This document shows positions 9,499-18,637 of a stretch of 64,000 bases of DNA, one piece after another. How positions within the stretch are numbered: position 1 is the stretch's first letter; the number at the start of each line of letters is the position of its first letter. The notes under the pieces are model-generated. The model was not told the origin of the DNA. It did not search any database and saw nothing but the letters and a program-made list of their open reading frames with translations. The translations under genes were made by a program, and so were the position numbers. Source of the DNA: a virus; the IMG/VR virus record IMGVR_UViG_3300042305_001483. One strand, 5' to 3'.

Positions 9499-10528
9499 TA
9501 AATTCTTTAACCCACCAAAAAATTTTATCAGCCCAGCCAGGGGTTGCCCACATTGAATCCCATTTATTAGCCCATGTTACATAATTTTTTACATCATCTG
9601 TTTTTGAATAAGCAGAAAATGGTATAGATTGAAAATTATCTATTGTGTGTATTATCTTCTCTGGAAAATTAACGAGATTTGCATATGATGGATACACAAT
9701 AGGTATCGCGGTAAATTTATATTTCCAAAAATTTTTGGCTTTTAAAAAATCCTGTATAGTAAAAGGAGTTAGGGAATAATTTATTTCAACTTCTGAAAAA
9801 TCATTTAAATTTTGTACGCCTACTAATATTTTGTCCCAAGTAGATCCTCTTCTAAACCATTCGTAACTCTCCTCAAATCCGTCAATACTTACAGAACATT
9901 TTATTGTTTTCCATCCTTCCCACAACACGGGTTTAAAATTTGATATACCATTTGTTATGTAATGTAATTCACAATGAGACCTATCAAATTTTTTTAAGTA
10001 TTCTAATATTTTCCAATGATTAAAATCTAGAAAAGGTTCACCCCCGGTGAACTTAATTACAGACAAATTAGGTAAAATTGTAGATAGTTCATTTAAAAAT
10101 TCATCAGTTATTTTAAATCCTTTGTTAATCTTTGAAGAAAGATTAAGTTTTTTTGCCCACGTTGAACTTTGACTAGGGCCGCAATGAAAACATGCTAACT
10201 GACACTTATTACTCATTTTAAATTGAATGAGTTTTAATTCTCTATTTGAACTTAAAAATTTAGTTTTAGTTCTTAAACTTTTTTGATTTCTACTTTCTAA
10301 ATTTTCACACCGAAAGCAAAAAGGCATTGTATTTTTTGAAAATCCTTTTTTTAATTCGTCTCTTAAAAAAATTATTTTTTTATCGTTAAAAGAATTTAAG
10401 ATGCCATTTGATATATGTGAAATTTGAGATTGGATAGAATTTTCTCCGCAACACGGTCTGGTATAACCATCCGTTTCTATAGAAATCATATTTTCTATCC
10501 AAGCACACTTAATTTCATTAGTGATCAT
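9473..10528 (-). CDS. radical SAM enzyme with N-terminal SPASM/twitch-like Cys domain
   Basis: N-terminal C...DGYTRPCC...CFRC; CQLACFHC; FTGGEPF; YITNG; SIDG. Confidence 0.85.
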   Translation of the reverse strand: MITNEIKCAWIENMISIETDGYTRPCCGENSIQSQISHISNGILNSFNDKKIIFLRDELKKGFSKNTMPFCFRCENLESRNQKSLRTKTKFLSSNRELKLIQFKMSNKCQLACFHCGPSQSSTWAKKLNLSSKINKGFKITDEFLNELSTILPNLSVIKFTGGEPFLDFNHWKILEYLKKFDRSHCELHYITNGISNFKPVLWEGWKTIKCSVSIDGFEESYEWFRRGSTWDKILVGVQNLNDFSEVEINYSLTPFTIQDFLKAKNFWKYKFTAIPIVYPSYANLVNFPEKIIHTIDNFQSIPFSAYSKTDDVKNYVTWANKWDSMWATPGWADKIFWWVKEFNDANKTNF

Positions 10529-11226
10529 AAATTAAAATTATAATGACAAATTTGAACATCCATCGTTAATTGTGGTTCTGTAATATAATTTTTTTCTAAA
10601 ACAAGAAAATAATTTTCTAGATCTGGAAATTCTGATCGTTCAATTCCCCACTTATTTTTCCAATACCAATCATTGGCTACATTAACTTCTAAATGATTTT
10701 CTATTATAAAACTTCTAGTTTTAAAATTTTCAATGTTAATCCATTTAAGTAAATTGTCCGGATCTTTATAAAATTCATGGTAATCAGGATATTGAATTTT
10801 TTCAAAACCTCCAGATTTTATCCATGTAAAATAAGCATACTTGTCTGGCCTTAAAACCATTATAATTTTACTTTTTGGAAAAGTATTTTTTATAAAATCA
10901 AGATGAAGTGCAAAATGGTGAGATTTAACTATTCTATATTTGTCCCAGGTCTTATCTTCGTACGCTGCATCAATTTCATTAATAATTTCTTCTTTTGTCA
11001 TCGAAGGTAATTCATGAAATTTTTTACCAAACTCATTTCCCGGTCCCCAATAGCATCCTTGGTGTCCAATAGTATTATTTGTAAGACTATGAAAATATTC
11101 CCTTGATTTATTTTGGTCACTGATATTAATAGGTAGTTTTTTATTTTTAGTTAAAATGTAATAAACAGAACTCCACCTAGAACCCGGTGCTCCGGTAAAA
11201 AATATTAGTTTACTTTCATCAATCAT
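10525..11226 (-). CDS. sulfotransferase-like P-loop protein
   Basis: FFTGAPGSRWS, IVKSH and MVLRPD resemble the 5'PSB, KxH and 3'PB motifs. Confidence 0.5.
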   Translation of the reverse strand: MIDESKLIFFTGAPGSRWSSVYYILTKNKKLPINISDQNKSREYFHSLTNNTIGHQGCYWGPGNEFGKKFHELPSMTKEEIINEIDAAYEDKTWDKYRIVKSHHFALHLDFIKNTFPKSKIIMVLRPDKYAYFTWIKSGGFEKIQYPDYHEFYKDPDNLLKWINIENFKTRSFIIENHLEVNVANDWYWKNKWGIERSEFPDLENYFLVLEKNYITEPQLTMDVQICHYNFNL

Positions 11227-11227
11227 T

Positions 11228-11833
11228 TTATCTCTCTTCTATAGTACAGTTAATGGTGCCAATTTTAAATTTTTTTAATGTGCCTTCTTTTTGCCACCAC
11301 CATGCCATTCTTACGTTTCCAGAAATTGGTATGTTTTCAAAATACACACCCTTTATAACTTTTAAATTAAATTTCTCAGAAAAATCACGAATATCATCTT
11401 CCGTCCAAGAATAACTATTCTTTAACTGACTTATATTTGGAAATGTTCTCATTACAATAAAACCACCGGGCTTAACCCAAGAAACTATTTTTTTTAACTG
11501 AGACTCAACAAATTCCCTATTTCCAAATTGAATACTGCCTAATGCTAAAACAACATCGGCAGATTCTTCTCTAAATTTAATTTCTTCAATTGGCATATGA
11601 ATATCTGCAAAGGGAAATGGTTCAGAATCAAAGCCGATTAAATTTTTAATATGACCTTTAAATCTATTATGACCGCACCCTGCATCAATAACCAAGTCCG
11701 GGTCTAATTCATTAATTTCATTAATTAAATTTACACCGGTATACTTATAATATTCAAACGCCTTGAAGCCATTCCATCTTTCGGGATTGAATCTAAATTT
11801 CACAGTATCTTTAATATCTTGTATATTTTCCAT
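11228..11833 (-). CDS. class I SAM-dependent methyltransferase
   Basis: VIDAGCG, ADVVLALGS, VKPGG; ATG 11833 with AGGA SD. Confidence 0.8.
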   Translation of the reverse strand: MENIQDIKDTVKFRFNPERWNGFKAFEYYKYTGVNLINEINELDPDLVIDAGCGHNRFKGHIKNLIGFDSEPFPFADIHMPIEEIKFREESADVVLALGSIQFGNREFVESQLKKIVSWVKPGGFIVMRTFPNISQLKNSYSWTEDDIRDFSEKFNLKVIKGVYFENIPISGNVRMAWWWQKEGTLKKFKIGTINCTIEER

Positions 11834-11861
11834 AAATTTCCTTAGAATTTTTGTCAACTAT

Positions 11862-12218
11862 TTAACTATAGAGATTTTTAAAGATAAAATAATCGAAGAC
11901 GAATGTTATCTCTGCACCAATGAACACAGATATCCAATAATTGTTAATAAAATTCCAAATTTGTCTTATTAACCACCAAGCAGCAATTACTCGAAGGGTG
12001 TAAATTATATCGGATTTTATATATTCAATTAACTCTGGTATTTCTACCGAATTAAAATAAAATCCAAATATAAATGTGTCATAGGCAAAACTTAATTGCG
12101 CCATTACAAATACAGCAATGTAGTAAGGGAGATATCGATTTAAAAACTTTACAATAACTCCGCTTACCAACAATCTATAAGAAACATAGATTAAATTTAT
12201 AACAAGTAAGTCAATCAA
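11862..12218 (-). CDS. small multi-pass membrane protein
   Basis: about 4 hydrophobic segments; packed within the operon. Confidence 0.6.
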   Translation of the reverse strand: MIDLLVINLIYVSYRLLVSGVIVKFLNRYLPYYIAVFVMAQLSFAYDTFIFGFYFNSVEIPELIEYIKSDIIYTLRVIAAWWLIRQIWNFINNYWISVFIGAEITFVFDYFIFKNLYS

Positions 12219-12791
12219 TTAAAGACCTTTAATAATTTCTAGTATATACGATCTCGTATGATTATTAATAGATCTTTCGGGATGCCATCCTATACCTAAT
12301 ACTCTTTTTTCTTTGTGGATCGCTAATTCTATAACACCGTTATTATCGTTTAACAAAACATCAAATCCCGGTGCTAATTTATCAATCATAATAGAATGAT
12401 GACAAGTAACATCAAATGGGTCTAAATGAACTGCAACATTATCATACGGAGTTTCCATTAATTTATGAGTTCCTCCCAAGACATAATTTATAAAATGACT
12501 TCCTCTACAAATTCCAACTAAAGGTACATTAGAATCAACAGCATCTAAGATTAATTTTTTTTCAAATTCGTCCCGTGGAGGATAATTGTTATCCCTCCAC
12601 GTTGTTATATCATGCATGTCGTTACCACCACATAATATAATTAGATCATAATCTTTTACATTATATTGATCATAACATATTAAAGGAACGATTTGATGTT
12701 CCTTTAAAAAATCATACCATTCATGATTGATAGCCGAATGCCATGTATTTCTTAATTTGAGGGTAGTTTCTAAACTTAGACCTATTTTCAT
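12219..12791 (-). CDS. class I glutamine amidotransferase / peptidase C26 (PuuD-like)
   Basis: LCGGND, GICRG nucleophile elbow, WHPE; start overlaps Bug stop (ATGA). Confidence 0.85.
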   Translation of the reverse strand: MKIGLSLETTLKLRNTWHSAINHEWYDFLKEHQIVPLICYDQYNVKDYDLIILCGGNDMHDITTWRDNNYPPRDEFEKKLILDAVDSNVPLVGICRGSHFINYVLGGTHKLMETPYDNVAVHLDPFDVTCHHSIMIDKLAPGFDVLLNDNNGVIELAIHKEKRVLGIGWHPERSINNHTRSYILEIIKGL

Positions 12792-13744
12792 TTTGGGCTC
12801 GGCATTTGCTTTACATAAGGTTGCCATTGTGCTCTTAAAGATAACATATCCTTTCTAAGATTGTCGGAACCTTGTGCATTTTTATCAACAATAATCATAT
12901 TTTCATCTGCCCATTTTTTAAATTCACTGCTGTTCAATGCAGGAATAAAATTGTCAGTATACCATTGCACAATCTTTGGATCTGTGTTTTTTGGTAAGAC
13001 AATATTCCAACAAGCATAGACGTTTAATCCAGGAACATAATCTTTCATTAAAGGAACATTGGGCATTGCAGCAAGTTTTTGTTCACCGGCTATTCCAAGA
13101 ATTTTAATTTTTCCTGTCTGTACTAAAGTATTAGCAACAGCCACTGGAATAATTCCAAATTCTACAGCGCCGGCAGCAACATCTTGTCCGGCCGGTAGTG
13201 GTCCTTTATATGGAACATTTTGAGCAAATTTTCGATTGCCTTGAACTTTATCCATAAAATATTCAAATGCTAACTGATGTGCAGCACCGCCTGTTGCAAA
13301 ATTTAATATCCTATTTTCTTTTTGAACAGCATTAATCAATTCGGGGACATTGTCAACGTTGCTAGATGCACTTGCAATAAATGCTAAAGGACTTTTTCCA
13401 ATGTTCGTAACTAAAGAAAATTCCATTGGATCAAATTCAATCATATGTTTGTAATGAATATCGCTGGCAACAAAAGTACTTTGACATGCTGGGATAGCAA
13501 TAGTTAATCCGTCTGCTGGTTTTTTACTGAAAATATTCATACCAATGTTTCCATCAGCACCTGCCTTATAATCAAAAATAAATTTTGCTTTTCCTTGTTT
13601 TTCTAGTATACTAGATACAGATCTAAATGCCATTTCATTGCCTGAACCCGGTGCAACAGGTGTAATTACAGTAATGGTTTTAGTTGGTTCCCATGCAAAG
13701 GCCATAATTGGGAAAAATAAAAGTCCTATAAACGTTTTTTCCAT
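12788..13744 (-). CDS. Bug/TctC tripartite tricarboxylate transporter substrate-binding protein
   Basis: signal peptide; ITVITPVAPGSG, KAGADGNIG, PADG, VPYKG, PNVP motifs. Confidence 0.85.
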   Translation of the reverse strand: MEKTFIGLLFFPIMAFAWEPTKTITVITPVAPGSGNEMAFRSVSSILEKQGKAKFIFDYKAGADGNIGMNIFSKKPADGLTIAIPACQSTFVASDIHYKHMIEFDPMEFSLVTNIGKSPLAFIASASSNVDNVPELINAVQKENRILNFATGGAAHQLAFEYFMDKVQGNRKFAQNVPYKGPLPAGQDVAAGAVEFGIIPVAVANTLVQTGKIKILGIAGEQKLAAMPNVPLMKDYVPGLNVYACWNIVLPKNTDPKIVQWYTDNFIPALNSSEFKKWADENMIIVDKNAQGSDNLRKDMLSLRAQWQPYVKQMPSPK

Positions 13745-13794
13745 TGATACATCTCCTCTATATTAAATATGTAAAATGAATATAAATTCTAAGA

Positions 13795-13802
13795 TATTTA
13801 TA
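13795..13802 (-). promoter_or_regulatory. T4-type late promoter consensus TATAAATA upstream of the Bug operon
   Basis: perfect TATAAATA on minus strand about 50 nt upstream of ATG 13744. Confidence 0.5.
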
Positions 13803-13832
13803 AAAATATTCATCGAAAGGAAAAATTTTTAA

Positions 13833-14573
13833 ATGAATACTAAAATTTTTAATTTAATAACAAAAAATTTACAAAATTCTTTTAATTTACCAAAATATAA
13901 AAAAATTATTGATAATTTAGAAAAAAATACAATCGTAAAAGAGTTACCTTGGACACCTGTCAGGTTTCAAAAATTTGAAAACAATATCAAACAAGAACTT
14001 CAGTTTGATAATATTGATCTTTCTGGTACTATAGAAGAAATAGTAAACAGGTTAGATCAAAATTATATGAAAAGATTCTTTGGTGAAATTTGGAAACCTA
14101 CAACTGAGCAGTACCAGTATAGCGGGTGGGCGGTAGTTGAAGAAATTAATAAACAGAATCCAAAATCAGTTTTAGATTTTGGCTGCGGCTATAACCCATT
14201 TAAAAACAGAATTAAAAATATCGTTGGCATTGATCCTTATAACAACTGTGCAGATTACATGGTTGATATATTAGATTTTAAAATTGAACCAAAAAGTTTT
14301 GATCACATCATTGCATTTGGAAGTCTAAACTTTAATAATAAAGATGATATTGAAATTAGATTTCAAAGGTTAGTTGAACTATTGATGGATAACGGGAAAA
14401 TGTATTTTAGAGCAAATCCCGGAATCAGTTGGAAAAACGGACCATACGTTGATATATTTCCGTGGTCGTTTGAGTTCGTCTATGACTTATCCAAAAAATA
14501 CAATTTACATCTCGAAACGTTCAAGATAGACAACAATGAAAGATTGTATTTTGTATTTCACAAAGTTATTTGA
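13833..14573 (+). CDS. class I SAM methyltransferase with an extra N-terminal ~75-aa (ACP-like?) domain
   Basis: VLDFGCG, FDHIIAFGS; paralog of 11228..11833. Confidence 0.75.
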   Translation: MNTKIFNLITKNLQNSFNLPKYKKIIDNLEKNTIVKELPWTPVRFQKFENNIKQELQFDNIDLSGTIEEIVNRLDQNYMKRFFGEIWKPTTEQYQYSGWAVVEEINKQNPKSVLDFGCGYNPFKNRIKNIVGIDPYNNCADYMVDILDFKIEPKSFDHIIAFGSLNFNNKDDIEIRFQRLVELLMDNGKMYFRANPGISWKNGPYVDIFPWSFEFVYDLSKKYNLHLETFKIDNNERLYFVFHKVI

Positions 14574-15150
14574 TTAAAGAGATTAAGCAGTCTTTATAAA
14601 TTTCGCTGTCAAAGGTTACTGTTTTATTAAATTCTTTTTCAAAAAATAATTGAGTAAAATGGTACCATACAGCATTTTGTTTGTATGCAAAATCTAAAAT
14701 AGATTTATTTTGCTGCATAATCTCGGAATACATGTTAATACTGTGTTTGTATTCAGAATAATTTGGGTATGTAATATTAAAGCCGCCTGCTTCGTGCCAC
14801 CAAGAATAGCATAGTATATCCGGTCGATACACCAGTAATATCCAACTTTCTGGAAAAGTTCTTTTTATTTCGTCTAACTGGTATGCCCAATCGTGACTTT
14901 TAATCAATCTTGGTTTTTCTAAATTTGACCAAGCACTGTCGAGGTATTCTAAATTTAATTTTGACTCAAACTCCATACCTCTTCCAAAATATGCTCCTTT
15001 GTGACCTGTAAAATTTTTATGATCATATTCTCTTTCTGCAATTCTATCAGAAGTATTTAGATCTAAAAGTTTTTCTAAATTTTGAGAAATCCCACTCCAT
15101 CGACTTCCAGGTGCTCCAGTAAAAAAAATTCTATTCGGTATTGTATTCAT
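14566..15150 (-). CDS. sulfotransferase-like P-loop protein (paralog of 10525..11226)
   Basis: FFTGAPGSRWS, GHKGAYFG, LIKSH, LVYRPD, GGFNITYPNY; ATG 15150. Confidence 0.5.
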   Translation of the reverse strand: MNTIPNRIFFTGAPGSRWSGISQNLEKLLDLNTSDRIAEREYDHKNFTGHKGAYFGRGMEFESKLNLEYLDSAWSNLEKPRLIKSHDWAYQLDEIKRTFPESWILLVYRPDILCYSWWHEAGGFNITYPNYSEYKHSINMYSEIMQQNKSILDFAYKQNAVWYHFTQLFFEKEFNKTVTFDSEIYKDCLISLIK

Positions 15151-15151
15151 T

Positions 15152-16171
15152 TTAATCTTTCTTTTGATAAGGTTCAACCTTCCTTGAACATTTTATTTTA
15201 CATATACGACTGTCAAATTTTAAGAAGTCTGTTTTCCAAAAAGGATCTAAAAGTATTTCATCTAACGTTTTTAATTTTAAATTAAATTTTGTTTTTGCTA
15301 AATCTAACCAATAATTGTTAACGCTATATCTATTACCTGACCAACAACAGGGATAAAACTCTCCTAGACTGTTTATAAAAACTCCAACTTCTCCTGTTAA
15401 ACAACTTTTTGCTCTTAGTTCAAAAGTTTTTAATTTAAGCGTTCTTTTCCATACTACAGAATAATCATTTGGTCGAATCTTTGAAGTTAGGTCTTCAGCA
15501 GTTACTTCATACTTGTAAGAAGGAGAAACTAAATCCATTCTAGGCTGCAATTCATCAAATCCATCATTTGACCATTTAATATTATAATATCCAAATTTAG
15601 AACTTTTGGTTATACGATACTGATCGAAACCCAAATCTTTAGCCATCTGTTTTTGGTATTCCATCATATCTTGATTAAAACTAAATGGAATCATTCCCCA
15701 AACTCTATATGTAGAATTATTGTTTTTAAAAAAAGAATTTATACCAACAATAATACTTTCCCAATCAGAATTTTTTCTATACTTATTATTGCTTTCGTGA
15801 TCCCAACCATCTAAACTCCATGTTATTTCGTCGTGCTCGTTTAATATACTTGCTAAAGATTGCCACCATTCGGCTGTTTTGTAACTACCATTTGTAACAA
15901 TTCTGATATTAATGATAGGATTAATGCTTTTTATCCATGAACAAATTTCCAAAAATTCTTTGCAGTAAATTGGATCACCATCATTACCACAAAAGTTCAT
16001 CATTCGTATATCACGGATTCTACTTTCAGTAATCTGTGTTTTAAAAAAATTTAAATCCAATTGTTTGTTTAATAAGGTTTCAGGTACTTCAGCCCTTGTA
16101 CACCTCGGACATTTCAATGTACAAATACTGGAAACTTCAACATGCCAATGGTCTAATACTAAATCGCTCAT
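15152..16171 (-). CDS. radical SAM enzyme with C-terminal SPASM/twitch domain
   Basis: CTLKCPRC, FCGNDGDP, VTNGS, SLDG; C-terminal C..GEFYPCCW..CKIKC; likely start ATG 16171. Confidence 0.85.
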   Translation of the reverse strand: MSDLVLDHWHVEVSSICTLKCPRCTRAEVPETLLNKQLDLNFFKTQITESRIRDIRMMNFCGNDGDPIYCKEFLEICSWIKSINPIINIRIVTNGSYKTAEWWQSLASILNEHDEITWSLDGWDHESNNKYRKNSDWESIIVGINSFFKNNNSTYRVWGMIPFSFNQDMMEYQKQMAKDLGFDQYRITKSSKFGYYNIKWSNDGFDELQPRMDLVSPSYKYEVTAEDLTSKIRPNDYSVVWKRTLKLKTFELRAKSCLTGEVGVFINSLGEFYPCCWSGNRYSVNNYWLDLAKTKFNLKLKTLDEILLDPFWKTDFLKFDSRICKIKCSRKVEPYQKKD

Positions 16172-16240
16172 AGAACTATTTACAATTCCTATTAACTTTA
16201 GTAAAATATTTCTATAAATCTTTAGACCATAAATATTATA

Positions 16241-17200
16241 ATGAAATTGCACGGAACAAAAATAATCGAAATCAAAAATGAATCAGACATGATAACAATT
16301 GATTGGACTTTAGGGAATTTTTGCAATTTCAAATGCGGCTATTGTTTTGATGATTGCAACAGTGGCACTATACGACCACCAAAGATAAATGATACTGTAA
16401 AAAATAATATTCAACATTTGATTAATCAAATTAGAAAAAATAATGATAAAAGTATTATTTTTAATTTTGGTGGAGGTGAACCTACCTTATTTCACGATTT
16501 TGAAAACTTAATAAATTTTTGTAGCACACTTGGAAAAATATCAATGGTTACAAACGGAAGTCGAACCATTAATTGGTGGAACGATAACAAAAAATTTATT
16601 AATTTTATCAGTCTTAGTTTTCACGTAGAAGAAACAAATTTTGATCACGTTGTTAATTTAATCAAAGAAATCGGTAATGATGTTTCAATCAGTGTTCATT
16701 TTATCATAGATGATTTACATTTTGACAAATCAACAAATTTATATGAACAATTAAGAAATATAATAATTGAACAAAAGTTGAAAACAAATTTATATATTAA
16801 AACGTTAAGGTCTACTTCAAAACGAAAAATATCGTATGACAAAGATCAAAGTAAAATAATTAACAGTTTGTTACCATACTCGATAAATCCACCCGTTTTT
16901 AAAACTTTAATAAAACTTGAAAATGGAAAAACAGTAGGATGGGATATGAGAAATTTGATAAATTATTCTGAAAATTTTTTTAATTACACCTGCGAGGGAC
17001 ACAAGGAATTTGTTCAAATATTTTTAAATGGTGACGTGGGAATGATGTCGTGTGGTCAATTTTATCTTAACAATATGACAAATATATTTTCTAATGATTT
17101 TTCAAAAAATTTTATCGTCAATGATGAAAAATTAATTTGTAAGCAATTAAGAGATTGCGGATGTTTAGGACTACATACTGCATCAAAATTTATTAACTAA
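16241..17200 (+). CDS. radical SAM enzyme with C-terminal Cys cluster
   Basis: CNFKCGYC, GGGEPT, VTNGS; C-terminal C..SCG..C...DCGC. Confidence 0.85.
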   Translation: MKLHGTKIIEIKNESDMITIDWTLGNFCNFKCGYCFDDCNSGTIRPPKINDTVKNNIQHLINQIRKNNDKSIIFNFGGGEPTLFHDFENLINFCSTLGKISMVTNGSRTINWWNDNKKFINFISLSFHVEETNFDHVVNLIKEIGNDVSISVHFIIDDLHFDKSTNLYEQLRNIIIEQKLKTNLYIKTLRSTSKRKISYDKDQSKIINSLLPYSINPPVFKTLIKLENGKTVGWDMRNLINYSENFFNYTCEGHKEFVQIFLNGDVGMMSCGQFYLNNMTNIFSNDFSKNFIVNDEKLICKQLRDCGCLGLHTASKFIN

Positions 17201-17209
17201 AAAAATATT

Positions 17210-18637
17210 ATGCTAGATTATATCTACTCAGATCAAGAAAACCCATTAATGATGATTGTATGGGACTTAGGGCGGAGATGCAACTATGATTGCACATATT
17301 GCACATCGTGGATGCATTCAACTACTGCACCGTTAAACAGTCTCGAACAATACAAAAAAACTGCTCAATTTATTGACAAATATTATTCTATATATTCTAA
17401 ACATCATAGAAAAAATTGGAATTTGATGATTTCATTTACAGGAGGAGAGCCAGCAGTCAACCCTGCATTTTTTGATCTTTTATCATTTTTAAAAGAAAAT
17501 TATCCTTATATGAAATTGAACCTAACCACTAATGGAACATGGAACGAAAGAAAAGGAAAATTTTTATTAGATCATTTAGATAGCATTACAGTTTCATATC
17601 ATTGTGAAGGTACACAAAAACAAAAAGATCTTGTTAGACATAACCTTAAATGGGTTCGAAACACTATAAAAAATCCTAGTAAATTAAAAGTAAATGTAAT
17701 GATGCATCAAGATTATTTCGACGAATGCGTTGATTTAATTGAAAATTTCTTAAAGCCCAATGATATAAAATACATTCCCAGAGTAATTGGTGATGATAAT
17801 AAATTTAAATCTAAATGGTTTGAAGATATGGACGGTGCCATGCGTCGAACATCGCACACATACACTTTTGAACAATTAGATTATCTTAAAAATCATTGGA
17901 ATAAGAAAAATCAAGAAGCAGCAAATGCTAATTTTAAAAAACAAAAACGAACTAACATTTTTGACTATACCAAAGACAATTTCAAAACAAAAAAAATTAT
18001 TGAAATAAAAGTAGATAATTCACCAATCAATGTAAAAAAAGTCGAAGAAATTGTTGACATGAAAGAAATCGTTAATGTAATAAAAGTTGAAGATCCAATT
18101 GTTACAAAAAAGATTGATACTAGTTTGTTAGAAAAATCACAACCAAAAGCAATAGAAATAAAAACAGAAGTAACCGATGGACTTGCTAGAAAAATGGGGA
18201 GAATGTGTTGCGGTGGTAGATGTATGACTGTTAAAGATAACGGAGAAATTAAGAACGCTGCATTTATTGAACAAAGTAATTTTAAAGGGTATAACTGCAT
18301 GGTAAATTGGTTTTTCTTACATATAGAAGAAGATAAAAACGCTGTATACCATCATCAAACGTGCATGGCAAAACTTCCTAATACTCCAGAAGTTGATATT
18401 GACATGATAAAATTTACCAAAGCAAAATTTACAAACGAAGTTGGCCCAATTACGTCTTTGACCGAATCTGACAGATATTTAGAGTGGTTAGAAAAACAAT
18501 TTGAAAACGGTAGAACTCCTACTATCATTTGCCCCAATACTCATTGCGGGTGCGGTATTTGTGTTACCAAAGCCAGCAATGAATTAGATTTCAGAGAAAT
18601 TGCAAACAAATTTATAAAATTAGGAGAAACTATTTAA
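17210..18637 (+). CDS. radical SAM enzyme with low-complexity insert and Cys-rich C-terminus
   Basis: CNYDCTYC, FTGGEP, TTNG; CCGGRC and CPNTHCGCGIC. Confidence 0.85.
   Translation: MLDYIYSDQENPLMMIVWDLGRRCNYDCTYCTSWMHSTTAPLNSLEQYKKTAQFIDKYYSIYSKHHRKNWNLMISFTGGEPAVNPAFFDLLSFLKENYPYMKLNLTTNGTWNERKGKFLLDHLDSITVSYHCEGTQKQKDLVRHNLKWVRNTIKNPSKLKVNVMMHQDYFDECVDLIENFLKPNDIKYIPRVIGDDNKFKSKWFEDMDGAMRRTSHTYTFEQLDYLKNHWNKKNQEAANANFKKQKRTNIFDYTKDNFKTKKIIEIKVDNSPINVKKVEEIVDMKEIVNVIKVEDPIVTKKIDTSLLEKSQPKAIEIKTEVTDGLARKMGRMCCGGRCMTVKDNGEIKNAAFIEQSNFKGYNCMVNWFFLHIEEDKNAVYHHQTCMAKLPNTPEVDIDMIKFTKAKFTNEVGPITSLTESDRYLEWLEKQFENGRTPTIICPNTHCGCGICVTKASNELDFREIANKFIKLGETI

Noticed and set aside
16241-17200. Viperin-like call (CNFKCGYC, NFGGGEP, VTNGS)
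   Set aside because: These motifs are generic for MoaA-like radical SAMs; viperin-specific residues are not evident, and the Cys-rich tail matches the neighbouring paralog
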